From contig CM102286.1 in the NCBI GenBank assembly GCA_046563655.1, positions 8,804,001-8,868,000 on the forward strand: a stretch of 64,000 bases of DNA. Direction: 5' to 3'. Below are positions 27,197 to 38,727 of this stretch, one piece after another. The notes beneath the pieces are model-generated. The model was not told the DNA's origin. It saw only the letters and a list, made by a program, of their open reading frames with translations, and made no database searches. Every line of letters starts with the position of its first letter. The first letter of the stretch is position 1. The stretch is from Yuukianura sp. NJ FZ-2021. Its lineage: Eukaryota. A program made the translations under genes and the position numbers.

Positions 27197-29329
27197 GTCA
27201 AGGATTTTGTTTTCAGTAACAAAAAAGTTGCAACTTTTTGTAGCAAACTCGTAATAATCAATGCACGCAATTAAAATGTTGGTTACCAGGGTGATTTCCT
27301 GCTCGTTTTGGAGTTCCCGGACCCCAAATCTTCCAAAATCGTCATAATTGTGAAATACATATCGATATGATGTGCATGGTACAGGAATATGAAAATTTGG
27401 CAATTTCAATATCGATGTTCCATGAACTTAACTTGAAAATTTTACGTTCCTGTAACATGCACATCAATGATTTTTTGGTGGGCCAAAATGAGCCCCTTAA
27501 CCAAAACCATCCTTTTCAAAAAACTTAGTCGTTTTCCCTGAATTTAAATTTTCTTTTTCAAAAAGCGTAACGCCCCACCTAACCTAAAGTACCCCCAGTC
27601 TTCCCTGCAAAGGTCAAGAGGCTATTCCCCTTTCCCTCCCTTCTGAAATTTTGGTCTGATAAATTTTTTAAACATAACTTAAATTCGAAAAACGTCTACC
27701 TATACCCAAACATTGTCAAAATTTTTTCTAAAATTAAAGTAGTTTAAAAATTTTCGGTTTTCAAAATTTTTTTTTGAGTTGAGACTGCCACACCTAGTGC
27801 CACCATTGAACAACGTTACCAAATTCACATTTTCCTTACCCCTTAACGGAACTCTGCCCAAATTTTCCTTGAATACAGGCACTTAGCAAAATTCCGAAAT
27901 TTGTTCACCCCCCACCTAACCTAATCCCCAGAGTCAGCGCCGATTCTTCTGATTTTTCAAGTCGCACGTAACTGCGATATCCCCCATTCCCCTGAATAGT
28001 TGGATTTTCCAGAATTTGGCTAAAAACTATTCCTAATTCCTAAATTACGTTACGTTCTAACTTTAAATTGATTAAATTTAGATTTCAATCCAAACTTCAA
28101 AAATTAAAAGCGGCTTTTCGTCCCAAAGCCCTGCCCAATTTTTCCAAACTCCTAAAAACTTAAAACTTTTTAGGTCGGTGTACTTTTAGTCAGTGATTGA
28201 GTAGGTCTGGCTAATCCCCTGACTTCGCCGATTCTTCAGATAACGCGATTTTACGTCGTGCCCTCCCCCTATGAAGTTCCCATTCCAATTTTTCGGTTCT
28301 TTTTCTGAAAGTAAAGCTCAGTTATGCAAATTATTGAGTGGTTTCTTTGGCTCGTCGGTTTCTTAATGTGGTTTGGCATTGCGTCGGTTGGCGTAAGACT
28401 CGTTTTTCTCGTTCTTCTGGTCCGATTGTTTCTTTATTTCGTCTAAAGTTCTGTTTTGGAGGAATTTGATTGTGGAATCATAGCCCCTAGACAGTAGCTA
28501 ATTCCAGATACCCTATTTTTTTCCAAATCCCATTTCTTTCTTTTTCTACATTTAAGGTTATAAATATTAATATTCATATTCATTATCTATTTAATAATTC
28601 CATTTATTTCAAGTATTTCTAGAAAGTCCCTGCCCAGTCCAGAAAACAGACGATGTACTCCCCATTCCTCTACATTGTCTTGATCGTTGTCATTGCTACG
28701 ATTGGTGGCATTGTCCAACGGATTGTCGTTTTCTTTTTGGTTTCCCTTCTCCTCCATTTTCTTGAATAAGCTTAAGTGCTGAAAAGCATTTAAGTTTTTT
28801 GGAAACCCAGCAAATGCGGATTATTTGGCCCTTTGTAAAAACAATCGTGTTTCTCGGTTTAGCAGCATTCTTTGGAATCTGCTTCTTTCTTTTGGTCATG
28901 GAAATTGTGTTTCTGATTTCCACATTCCTTTCCCACATTACCCATTCCTGTCTAATAGCGACATTTTCGGTTGTTTCTGACTACATTGCCCTCCACGTTG
29001 TCCCGATATTGTATTTACGACAAGCTCCGAGAACTTATCGTTACTTCTAGCGGGTCCTAATTGGAACCGAGTCTTACTACGTCCTAGCCCTATTTGTTCG
29101 AGTCCTCTACTACCACTGGGATTTCTTCGGTCCAATTTACCGGTGGTTGTTCAAAGCATTTGCCAACGCCCAAGGCTGGTTAGTGTTTGAGTCAGAACCC
29201 CGTGTAGATCCGAGACGCCGTCTCTAAGCGTTTTCCAAAATGTTTACGTATTTTGCGTGACCAACGGCCTCTACCCCCCAACAAGATGGACAGCCCCTTC
29301 AACAGATCCTATCCCAATCGACAATTCCC

Positions 29330-30341
29330 ATGGATACTGCTACCCAGACTCTTCCTCCTACTCTCAATTTGTCAACTCAAGGTCAACCTGCTGCAGTTCA
29401 TTTTGCCCCAACACAAGCCCAATTCGTTCCTACACCCCCCACCCCAGCAAGTACAATTACTAGTCCTGCAGCTGTACAAGCTCCCATTCCCCACATTTTT
29501 AGAAATTTCCCCCCACCCGATCCAAGCAAGCAGGATTTCAAGATATTCAAACACATTCGACAGTACGATGGAATGAGCGATCCTGCTGAATACATGGCCC
29601 GATACAAATACGACTTGAGCGGATCAGGCTTTGGTGCATTCGGAGCGCTCAGTCATTTTGACAGAGTGTTGCTAGTGCCTGGTTTGTTTCCATTTGGCCC
29701 CATTTCCATGAGCAGTTGCAGGTTCCCTACGCAGATGCAGAAAACATTTGGAGCAAATTTGAAAAAGAATTTGTTTCCCATTTTTCCCTTAAAGAGCGAC
29801 GGGAGGTTTTCAAAGCTCAAAGTAAAGCTCTGCGGTTCACAATAGGAGGTAACATTGATCAGTATGTAGCAGAGAAGATCAAAATTCTTTCCAAACTTGA
29901 TCCCATGATGCCAGAATCCCGGAAGGTTGAACAATTAGTTCGTGGTTTCCCACACGAGCTGGAACAAGCATTTGTCATGCAGAATATCAAGACCCCTTCC
30001 GAATTCCAGAAGATCCTGAGACGGGTTGCTGATGTCCATACCCGCTCTAAAGGAAGTTCCGATGCAATGGTTTCTCTTCGTGGACTTGAAACTCAAATGG
30101 CTCACGCCATTCCAAATGCTACTTTCCCTACAACTGTTCCCTACCTAGTCCAGCAGTACCAACGCCCTCCTGCTCAAACCCAAGCAGCAGTCCAAGCTGC
30201 TCCCCAGCCAGATCGTCCTTTCCCTCCACAACAGAATCGCCGTTCTGATGATGGAAAGCCAATTTGCGATTACTGCAACAATATTGGGCACATTGTTCGA
30301 TACTGTCACAAATGGTGGTGGAGCCAAGGCATTGACCCTTT
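29330..30341 (+). pseudogene. gag: Ty3/Gypsy gag, 5' part (frameshift near 29665; interrupted at 30342)
   Basis: Retrotransposon capsid-like segment (YDGMSDPAEYMARY...AWF...WSKFEKEFVSHF) and CCHC knuckle CDYCNNIGHIVRYC. Confidence 0.85.
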
Positions 30342-30771
30342 TGTGAGTAACCCCTCCGGGCGGGATTCCTCACTTCGTCTCCAAACAGAGGTGTGACGGC
30401 ACTCGGGATGAGGCTAAGATCTCAGTCATGTCCCGATGGTCAGTCAGTGAGTGGTGAGCGCTTGGTCGAGGAGGAACTATCTTCCAGATAGTTCCTCTTC
30501 CGACCGAGAGTCACGGCGGAGTCCAGTCACTGGAATAGGGGATTCTAGAGACAATAAAGCAGCGTAGCCACACTTTGCCTTCGTCTACGGCTTTCCTTGT
30601 GACAGCATTCAGCCATATTCCTCAGCCACGATTCTTAGAGCTGGCACCCAGGACCTGCGCCACTTCGGTGGTGTTCGGACCTGGGCACAGAGGTCGACGA
30701 ACCAGTGGACCGCCGACCAAGCGGCGACGTGTGTGACCCATGTCCAGGTTCACCCTGGCTGGGAGGTCACA
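30342..30771 (+). repeat. 5' LTR of the 16.5-kb element
   Basis: Direct repeat of 46452-46881, TG...CA ends, AATAAA at about 30553. Confidence 0.95.
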
Positions 30772-30774
30772 TAA

Positions 30775-30791
30775 TGGCCCTTCGACCGGAT
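30775..30791 (+). promoter_or_regulatory. Primer-binding site, tRNA-Tyr-like
   Basis: TGGCCCTTCGACCGGAT versus TGGTCCTTCGAGCCGGAT (complement of the metazoan tRNA-Tyr 3' end); 3 nt after the LTR. Confidence 0.7.
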
Positions 30792-31023
30792 CGACTTTCT
30801 TGCCCAGTTAAGGTAATGGAACAACAGGTAATGTAGGGTACGGTTTTTTTTCTTTTTCGTTATAATAGTAATTATCATTGCGCGACATACAAAACCAAAA
30901 CCACAAGCACCCAAACCCTTAAGGCGACATGTTGCCCAATACATCGGCAATACGTTTAGCGTTTATATATTATTTCACGTTAGGGAACTAGCAAATACAA
31001 TCCCAACACACGTAATGTTGGCT

Positions 31024-31322
31024 AAGAACTTTGGTTCCATGGCGTCAACGTTATAACAACTTATGCGCACTTTGATAACAGCCGCGCAATGTTTTTCAAC
31101 CTACATGCTAAGGCGAGAACGCAACTCCATGCAGATTTCAAATAGCAGAACCTGTTCAGCCATAGTGTGGTCAGAAATTGGTCAAGAACTTTGGTTCCAT
31201 GCCGTCAACGTTATAACACCTTATGCGCACTTTGATAACATCCTTGCAAAGTTTTACAACCGATATGCTAAGGGCAGAACTCAAATCCATGCAGATTTCA
31301 CACATATAACCTGTCAGCCATA
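31024..31322 (+). repeat. Two-copy tandem duplication of about 160 bp
   Basis: AAGAACTTTGGTTCCATG.CGTCAACGTTATAACA.CTTATGCGCACTTTGATAACA...CCATGCAGATTTCA occurs at about 31024 and about 31184. Confidence 0.85.
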
Positions 31323-34300
31323 ATTTATTCAGATATAAATTTCTTTTCAAGTTTATTTTACGACATTGAAATAATATCGCGAGACAACAAATTTGGTTAC
31401 AATTAAATAACTACAGGGTCACAATCTTCTTCATAATCGTTATTTCCCCCTCCATTTCCGAATTTCAATGCTATTTTGAAACCGGAAGACGGTTAGCTAG
31501 CGAGCCGTATTTGTACAGCAGATTCAGCTATTGCCCTAACATAAATTGCTTCCAATCGCGGGGATGGTTACAATGGGACCCACACTTGTTTCAGTCAACC
31601 CTACCAGCATGACTAACATAACCAAGCTCTACAGATAGCTGTATGAGGGTTAATTACCACCGAAATCAAATGTGTGACTACGGGATTCATAAGAACTCAC
31701 GTATTAAGTTACGTTACACCACAATTAATTACAATGCAACAGAGGTTCGCTTGTTCACTTAGGCTTTCCTGCGTTCTATGCGCGTACGATTTGCTGTTGC
31801 GTTTTGCAACAAACTATGAAAGTCACGCAGGAGCGAGGGTGAAAGCGTAAAAATTTCAGGAGATCACTTTTGTGGCCTTGGTGGCTCTAGGTTTACGAAA
31901 AACTGAGACGAGGAAACATTCAGATTCTCATTTTCATTTCTTTTTTTTTTAGTAGTTCTTGTTTCTTCTTATTAAAGCCGCATTCAGTTGTCCAGTCCAG
32001 GAAACATAATTATACTTGATTTCGAATCACATTACACTGCCCATACCCCGGCAGAAGCATGACGATGGGATGAGTAGACACGCCCTAACACAAAAAGCAG
32101 TTTCAGACACAACAACAATAATGTTCATTTGGGCGTAAATCTCATCCCCAACCTACTCAAGGAAGCACACGCTCACATTCTCGTCGCAACAAGGGAAAAA
32201 ACGTAATCTTTGTTCTTCACACAGTCCAATCTTTTTTGCTTGCTTTTTTGCTGCGTAATTATTAGTAGGGGTTTTTACAACTTCGCAAATTCTACGCAAT
32301 TAATTTCCACCACGAGGGATTTCGGACAAGGCGGATGCTGTAGGGAGGACAAAAAATAAGCAGAAAACAAAAATAACTAACATGTAGCATACAGTAGTTT
32401 GCAAAAAACTGGTTTTCCTGGTCATTAATTTCTTCCAATTGTGACACGTATTCTTTCAGACAAGAACTTTTTTAACTAATACTCAACGCGCATTGACTTT
32501 GTGCGTCAAAGGGTTTTTGAAACTTTTGATACAATTCATATTACAAATTCAGTCCGCCTTTAAATGACTCTCAATCGCACCCTGTTATTTGCTTTCAATT
32601 GTTGCAGAGGTTCATAACAATGGTGTTGAAAATTTTCTTTTAATCGGCTTTCAAACTCTGAAATCACTAACCGCTTTGGATTGGGCCCAAAATACTGCAC
32701 ATCAAGTACAAGGTTTATAAATTTAATTTGCCTTACAAGGTTGCGTAATACCTCATGTTTTCTTTCAATTCTGAAAGAAAGTTCACTTTTAGTTCACACC
32801 TTCACAAATCCGTTGTCATATATGAAATATATAAATGAATGATAAATGAAGCAATTCCAACTTTCTTAATTTTTTTTTGCTAATAAATGCTTCCAGTCAG
32901 AAACAATATGAGTTAATAGAACAGTGTTGACTTTTTTAGTATGTTATGTCTAGATTTTGCAGCTATAAACCTTCAATTTCAAGTGTCCGATCCTGATGAA
33001 CGTCCATACTCGAATGAATTTCTGAATTATTTCAGGTTCGACGTTTGGAAACTCTTTTGTTATGCACCAGTTTCAATCTGTAACGTTTCTGCAATGCCAA
33101 ATACAAATGCTGGACTTAAAATTACACTGAAAAATGTTACCTTTCGCAACAGGTTACAATTTTGGGAGCTACGATTTTTAACGTGTGAATCGAAACGGAA
33201 ACGGTTTCGAGAATCAAAACTCTTTTTATTGTTCCCAAGTTATATTGGCATTGGCATAATGATACTAACTTTTTTGTTATTTTCATTTTTATGGTGACCA
33301 ACGGAGGTATGACGCAACCTGTTAGAGAAGACGCAATGTTGTCAAGGAAGCTTGAATCCGGAATGTAGTTGTGAAATTAAACTGTCCGTCAGTCTCGGCG
33401 TGTTGTCGGTGGCTAAACGCGTTAGATCGATGCTCAAGGGTTGGATGTCGGTTTTACGCGAGTTGATGTTGTTGATGCGATTATTGGAAACGGACTTGTT
33501 GCAAAAGAACTTTTGCAAAATGCTAACTACATTGAGCTCTGAACTGTTGGCGTGCTATTTAAAATTATTTCCACCCACTTGGTGCCAAGTTGGCCCCACT
33601 CTCTTTACTACCAACATAAAACGTTGCGGACTCGTGCCAAATACATGCGTACTGTCCCAAATTACATACATCAACGGTTCTATAGTATCGCACGGCGCAA
33701 ATTTCTAGTATAGAATTTTCCTAGGCTATGCTTATGACTTTGAGACGGTAATCTTACGTTAAAGCCTAAATCGTCGCTAATCGAATCATAAAACGCTGCA
33801 TTCCATAATGCTGAAGAACAGAACCTCACTTCTGCTTTTCTGGTTTTAGGCTTAACGCCTTAACTTTTCTTTTTCTTTTTTTTTTCTAGCTCCAATCCCC
33901 CCACATTTTTTCACTTGTGCAGCGTCTTGCTTTTGCAGTAACGTTTAGCGCGTACTCGCATTGGAAAGTGGTCACGCTAACTATACAAACCATCCGTATA
34001 CTTCACCATAAGGGAAGTGGTCGCGTGCTAAATACACACTATCTTGAATACAAGTGTAATCACGCAAGTGGCAGGCAGCAAAGAATTTTATTTTTAGAAG
34101 GGAAATAAAGCCGATTGTTTTGAAACCAAAAAATATCCCGTAACCAAGAAGAAAAAATGGCGCTTAAGCCAGCTTCACACCGAACGCAAAAACATCTAAA
34201 TGATTGTTTCAATTCAAATTAGCGGTTGGTGTGTGAACCCGACTTTACACAGCGGGAAAAAACCGTTTTCGTTCCTTTGAAAATGGTTTCACAAATTTTG

Positions 34301-34826
34301 TTGGAATCAAGCCTTATTCCCCGTCTAGTCTAGAGAAAAACGTGGAAAATCGCCTTGACAATATCTGGCAGCCAGCTTCTTTCCAAGTTGTGACTGGACG
34401 AAAGATTGGGCAAGTAGTTGCGAGACCGTAAGATATGCGATGGGTCCTGGTGGCTCATTGGTCAGAGCAAGCTCCCGGAGTGGAGATTTGCGCGTGACCA
34501 ATTCCACCCTATTCAACCCCAGACTCAAACTTTTGGCATAGCGTTGGAATATGATGTCTCAATGTTGGCTCGAGGTATAGTTGCGTCATACACTTGAGCT
34601 TTCGGAACTCCTAGGAGGACCAGTAATCGCACGATTTACCAGAGTATAAATTCAAGTAAATCTAATGCACGTCCACGCAGTCTTTTCTTTCTCTCTCCAC
34701 GAACAGCAACAGATAACACCTCACCTCGTCAGTTTCGGTCCACACAACCCGAAGGCCCAGTAACTACCCTCAGACTCAACGCCGGCAGTACCGTAGGACA
34801 GTAAGTTTACTTATGTTTGAGCAATA

Positions 34827-36086
34827 ATGCCAAAGATAACAACACGGTCCTCCGCCCAATCACCTCCTCCTAATCCTGAAACCGAGCAATTACAAACTCC
34901 CGGGTTTTCACAACAACAGGTTAAACTCAACTTACAACCTCGAGTTGTTCTGCCGTCTACCATTCCTACAGCCCCACCTCTCCCGAAACCCAAGTCACAA
35001 GCGTCGCTTAATCCCACAAATCCACCACCATATATCCCTTCACCGCTACCTATCCCTCAAGTGTTCCCTCCGTCTGCCATCAGCGGTATTAAATTACCCT
35101 CGCACATCCCCACTTCCTTACAATTACCTACAACACCGTTGAAATCTTCACCCAGTCTTCCCATCACCATGTCCCAAGCAACACCGACGGGCGGTCCTAA
35201 GCCCGAATCAGGAAAAACATATTACAAAATTAAAGTACCAACGTTCAGCGGCAAACCAGGAGAAGATGTTGTGCGTTATCTTACCAAGTTTCAATTGGCG
35301 ATGACCGGGAACTCCATCCCGAAGTCCGAGTGGCCGATTTTGCTGAGTAATCATTTGACCGGTACGGCTGAAGCTTGGCTTTTCTCTTTCTTGGAATCAA
35401 CCCGATGTTCCACATCGCCTCCGGCTCCGGCCCTTTTGGTTGACTACTCTATGGTGGAACAAGCCCTGATTAAAGCGTTTGGAAACACCAGTACGATGTC
35501 AGCGGAACAAAAAGTTATCAATCGACGACAACACTTGAATGAATCCGCTACAGAATACACTTACGATCTGACCAACCTTCTCCGTCTGATGGATCCGGAT
35601 ATGCCTGAATCGCGTCAAGTACGTTGGTTAATACGTAACCTACGACCATCCAACTTAACTGCATTGGGCATCCACAAACCTCAAACCATTGACGAATTCT
35701 TAAAAGCGTTAAAATCCATAGAAGAAACGAACGAATTACTTTTACACCAAAAAGATGTCAATGTTATGACCCAAGCTCCAGCGGCCCTGGCGGCACAGAC
35801 AGAACAATTAGACAAATTCGGACGAATCATCGAGCAAATGCAAACATTTATATTACAACAGCAAAATTGTGGAGCGAGTGCAGCTTCTGGGCCCCACCTA
35901 ACTGAAAACGGCGTGTGGTGCTCATTGCATCAATCCGCGACACACGGCGACGCAGAGTGCCGTGCTCAGCCAAAAAACGGTCAGTGGATGGAGACAGCGG
36001 CCAACGCCCATCCGTTCTTGCCATCAGTGACGAGCCGCCAATCCGATCCAGTCATCGAATCATTGAACACCAGTTACTCCCATTAA
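34827..36086 (+). CDS. gag: Ty3/Gypsy-like Gag (419 aa)
   Basis: Pro-rich N-terminus, capsid-like KVPTFSGKPGEDVVRYLTKF...LTGTAEAW...RRQHLNES, and a C-terminal CSLHQSATHGDAEC (CHHC-type) knuckle. Confidence 0.85.
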   Translation: MPKITTRSSAQSPPPNPETEQLQTPGFSQQQVKLNLQPRVVLPSTIPTAPPLPKPKSQASLNPTNPPPYIPSPLPIPQVFPPSAISGIKLPSHIPTSLQLPTTPLKSSPSLPITMSQATPTGGPKPESGKTYYKIKVPTFSGKPGEDVVRYLTKFQLAMTGNSIPKSEWPILLSNHLTGTAEAWLFSFLESTRCSTSPPAPALLVDYSMVEQALIKAFGNTSTMSAEQKVINRRQHLNESATEYTYDLTNLLRLMDPDMPESRQVRWLIRNLRPSNLTALGIHKPQTIDEFLKALKSIEETNELLLHQKDVNVMTQAPAALAAQTEQLDKFGRIIEQMQTFILQQQNCGASAASGPHLTENGVWCSLHQSATHGDAECRAQPKNGQWMETAANAHPFLPSVTSRQSDPVIESLNTSYSH

Positions 36087-36169
36087 CCACTACAATGACA
36101 ATCAACTCAATTTGTATTATATCGCCATCCCTACATTTAAAAGATTCTTACCCGACATCGCTCTTTGTT

Positions 36170-36420
36170 TTAAAAATGGGTAAAAATGGTCTTTTGAAGG
36201 TATGTGGTTATGTCGTAGAACGCCCACATGAAATTATGCTAAATACCGGAGCGGGAGTAAGCTTAGTCAATTCCACTTTAGTTAATTCTAACTATATTCA
36301 GCCGCCAGATCATACAATAATGTTGCAAGATTTTGCTCTAGAAGTACTTTTGGGAACCGATTTTCTTCGGAATCAACGTGGCATAATCGATTTCGACCGT
36401 TTAGCTAGTAATTGGGAAGG
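36170..36420 (+). pseudogene. Degenerate retropepsin (aspartic protease) remnant
   Basis: IMLNTGAGVSLV (catalytic DTGA appears as NTGA) and VLLGTDFL, unusually close together. No RT or IN motifs follow. Confidence 0.65.
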
Positions 36421-38727
36421 CACAACACACGATGGTAGAATTTTAATGTGTTGTGCTGTAGATACATTTACGATGCCACAAAAGAAGATTACACAGCCCA
36501 GGCTGTCCCTCTTACTCCCATGCTCTGGTTCTCCCTCGGCGCCAAAACGAAATAGTGTGGGTTGGTGTTCCCAAAGTTTTGTTTCGACGGAAATAGGACT
36601 TGGTCGACCTGTAATGCCCAACCTACACGTTTTCGAAACGAACACGAGCATGATGACATACACTAACGATAACATGGAGCATTTCAATGAGTTAATCGAG
36701 AGTCCCGCTGAAACTCCGAATTTGATTCATACAAGGGTCCCTGAGTCAGATTTGTCAGAGTATAGCGAAGAGTTAAACCCCGGGAAGATTGCAATGAGAT
36801 ATGCAATGAAACCTTCTTCGATATCAGTGGCCATGGTACGAAGGAGCACTGGCGCGAAGGTCCTCACCTCCCCTGTGAAATACAGTATACACATGGTCTA
36901 TACACGTTGATAAATCATCATCCCATAGCGGAGGGAATCGACCCAAGTACGGCAGAGCAAGAAGCAGAATAAAATTTACCGACTTTAGTATTTTTAACCT
37001 AACAGGAGATCGCAATGAACTATCACACCGATCGGACATTACTGAGAAATCCCGAGTCGGAACCAGACCAAAGGCACAGTTACAGGGACTTTTGGTTAAG
37101 GTCAACGATAGTTTTGCTTACACGAGAGACATTGGCGAAATTATACTATATCCTTCTATGTAACCTATGTACTAATTACACTATGCACATCACGTAATTC
37201 TTCAGGGTAATGCCCATACCTTCAAAGCCAACCGTCCCGTCGAACAACGGAAATGCCGTCATTCTATAATAACAAATTCAAAAATTACTAAAACACAATG
37301 AATGGTACCATGAAATACTTCTACTTTTCAGACAAAGATTTAGTCCCAAATCGATTTTGTGTAGATTATTTTGTACTGGATTCGCTTATTACATTTATTT
37401 GGCGGTGACTAACAATCGGGACTTCCGACACTAAACAAGAAGCATTCCAAGCATTAGGGTCGCAAATTCATACTGCGATTGCAGAGCAACAACGCAAAGC
37501 CAATTCTATACCGCAAGAATCCAAGTACTGATGCACAAATTTAACTCAACTTGTTTAGCGCACAAATTTACTGATATTATTCCGATTAATTCTGTGAACC
37601 CTATAACGTAAAACATTAACAAATCTAATAACACTAAGGCGCAATTAACCAGTGGGATGGGTTTTTTATTCATCTGTTATCAAATCCGGTTAATCTCTGG
37701 AAATATATAGAAACTCGAGGCAATTTACTGTCTACCGATGCTCCTATTATTGGGGAAGGTTGGGAGGAGTGTTTTCCTTCTCCTTATTTCTTTCTTCGAT
37801 GCACCATCGAATGTACATTTAATTTTTTGGTGGTCTGATGCACATTTTGACGCAATCAAAGCATTATGACTGAATTTTAAGTTTCTTGGAAGCTGGGAAA
37901 TGTGGGTTTCAGAAGGAGGCACGCTGCTCAACATTGGCGCCATTAGACGCTCCCTTACCCAGTACTGAGCGGCGAGCTGTTAAGTTTGACCTTCATACCG
38001 AAATATGGCCAGAAAAATGGTCGCACGCCCTTCCAATGTCTCCAGAGTTACCTTCGCTTCCTCCTAAACTTACCTCGTGTCTACCCGGACTCCACCCCTC
38101 ATAAATCTGAGCAACAGACTCCAGAGCAGGAAGCACGCGAACACGTAGGATCACTAAAACACCAGATCGCCTTACCTATTAGTTTTGAGTTGGCCACAAG
38201 CATTTTGGTTTTAGTTTTAACTCGTATTTCACTCTCTAGTGTGAATGTTCATAATTTAAGTCAAAATTATCAACTTAGTTTTAATGTTAGTCTAACCCTT
38301 TTTCATTTACAATTGTATCATCGAAAGGCAGCGTCGACAACATGCGACTTCTACTCGTCGAGATAATCCTTCTTCTCCACATCTCCACGATCAATTGTGC
38401 GCTTCCTTCCGCCGAAGATGAAGTATTACATCGTGTTTACTTTTCATCTTTAGCTCCAAAGCATACTCTGTGACCCCTACGTTGGATCGTTTACTTTTCG
38501 ACTTCCAGCAACGCCTACATGCTAATTGCCTGAACTTGTCACTCCGACTCGAATTGCGTCCACGATTTGGATCCATTACCAACAGTCCCTCTGCGAGCGC
38601 CTGGCTTTGTCTCAAGATATAGTCAGTTTACCATCCCACTGTCATTCTCATTATCGCCTGCGCTATTCGTCCATCGGAATAGTTATTTGTCGTGTCTACA
38701 CTGGAAGAGACCGAGCAGCTTGATTAG

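Noticed and set aside
26729..27409. 226-aa repetitive ORF (FQKAFSIAFHFKKH...)
   Set aside because: Product of the 29-bp minisatellite read through.
36900..38720. Possible env remnant or captured gene in the 16.5-kb element
   Set aside because: Only short ORFs without recognisable motifs; not supportable without a profile search.
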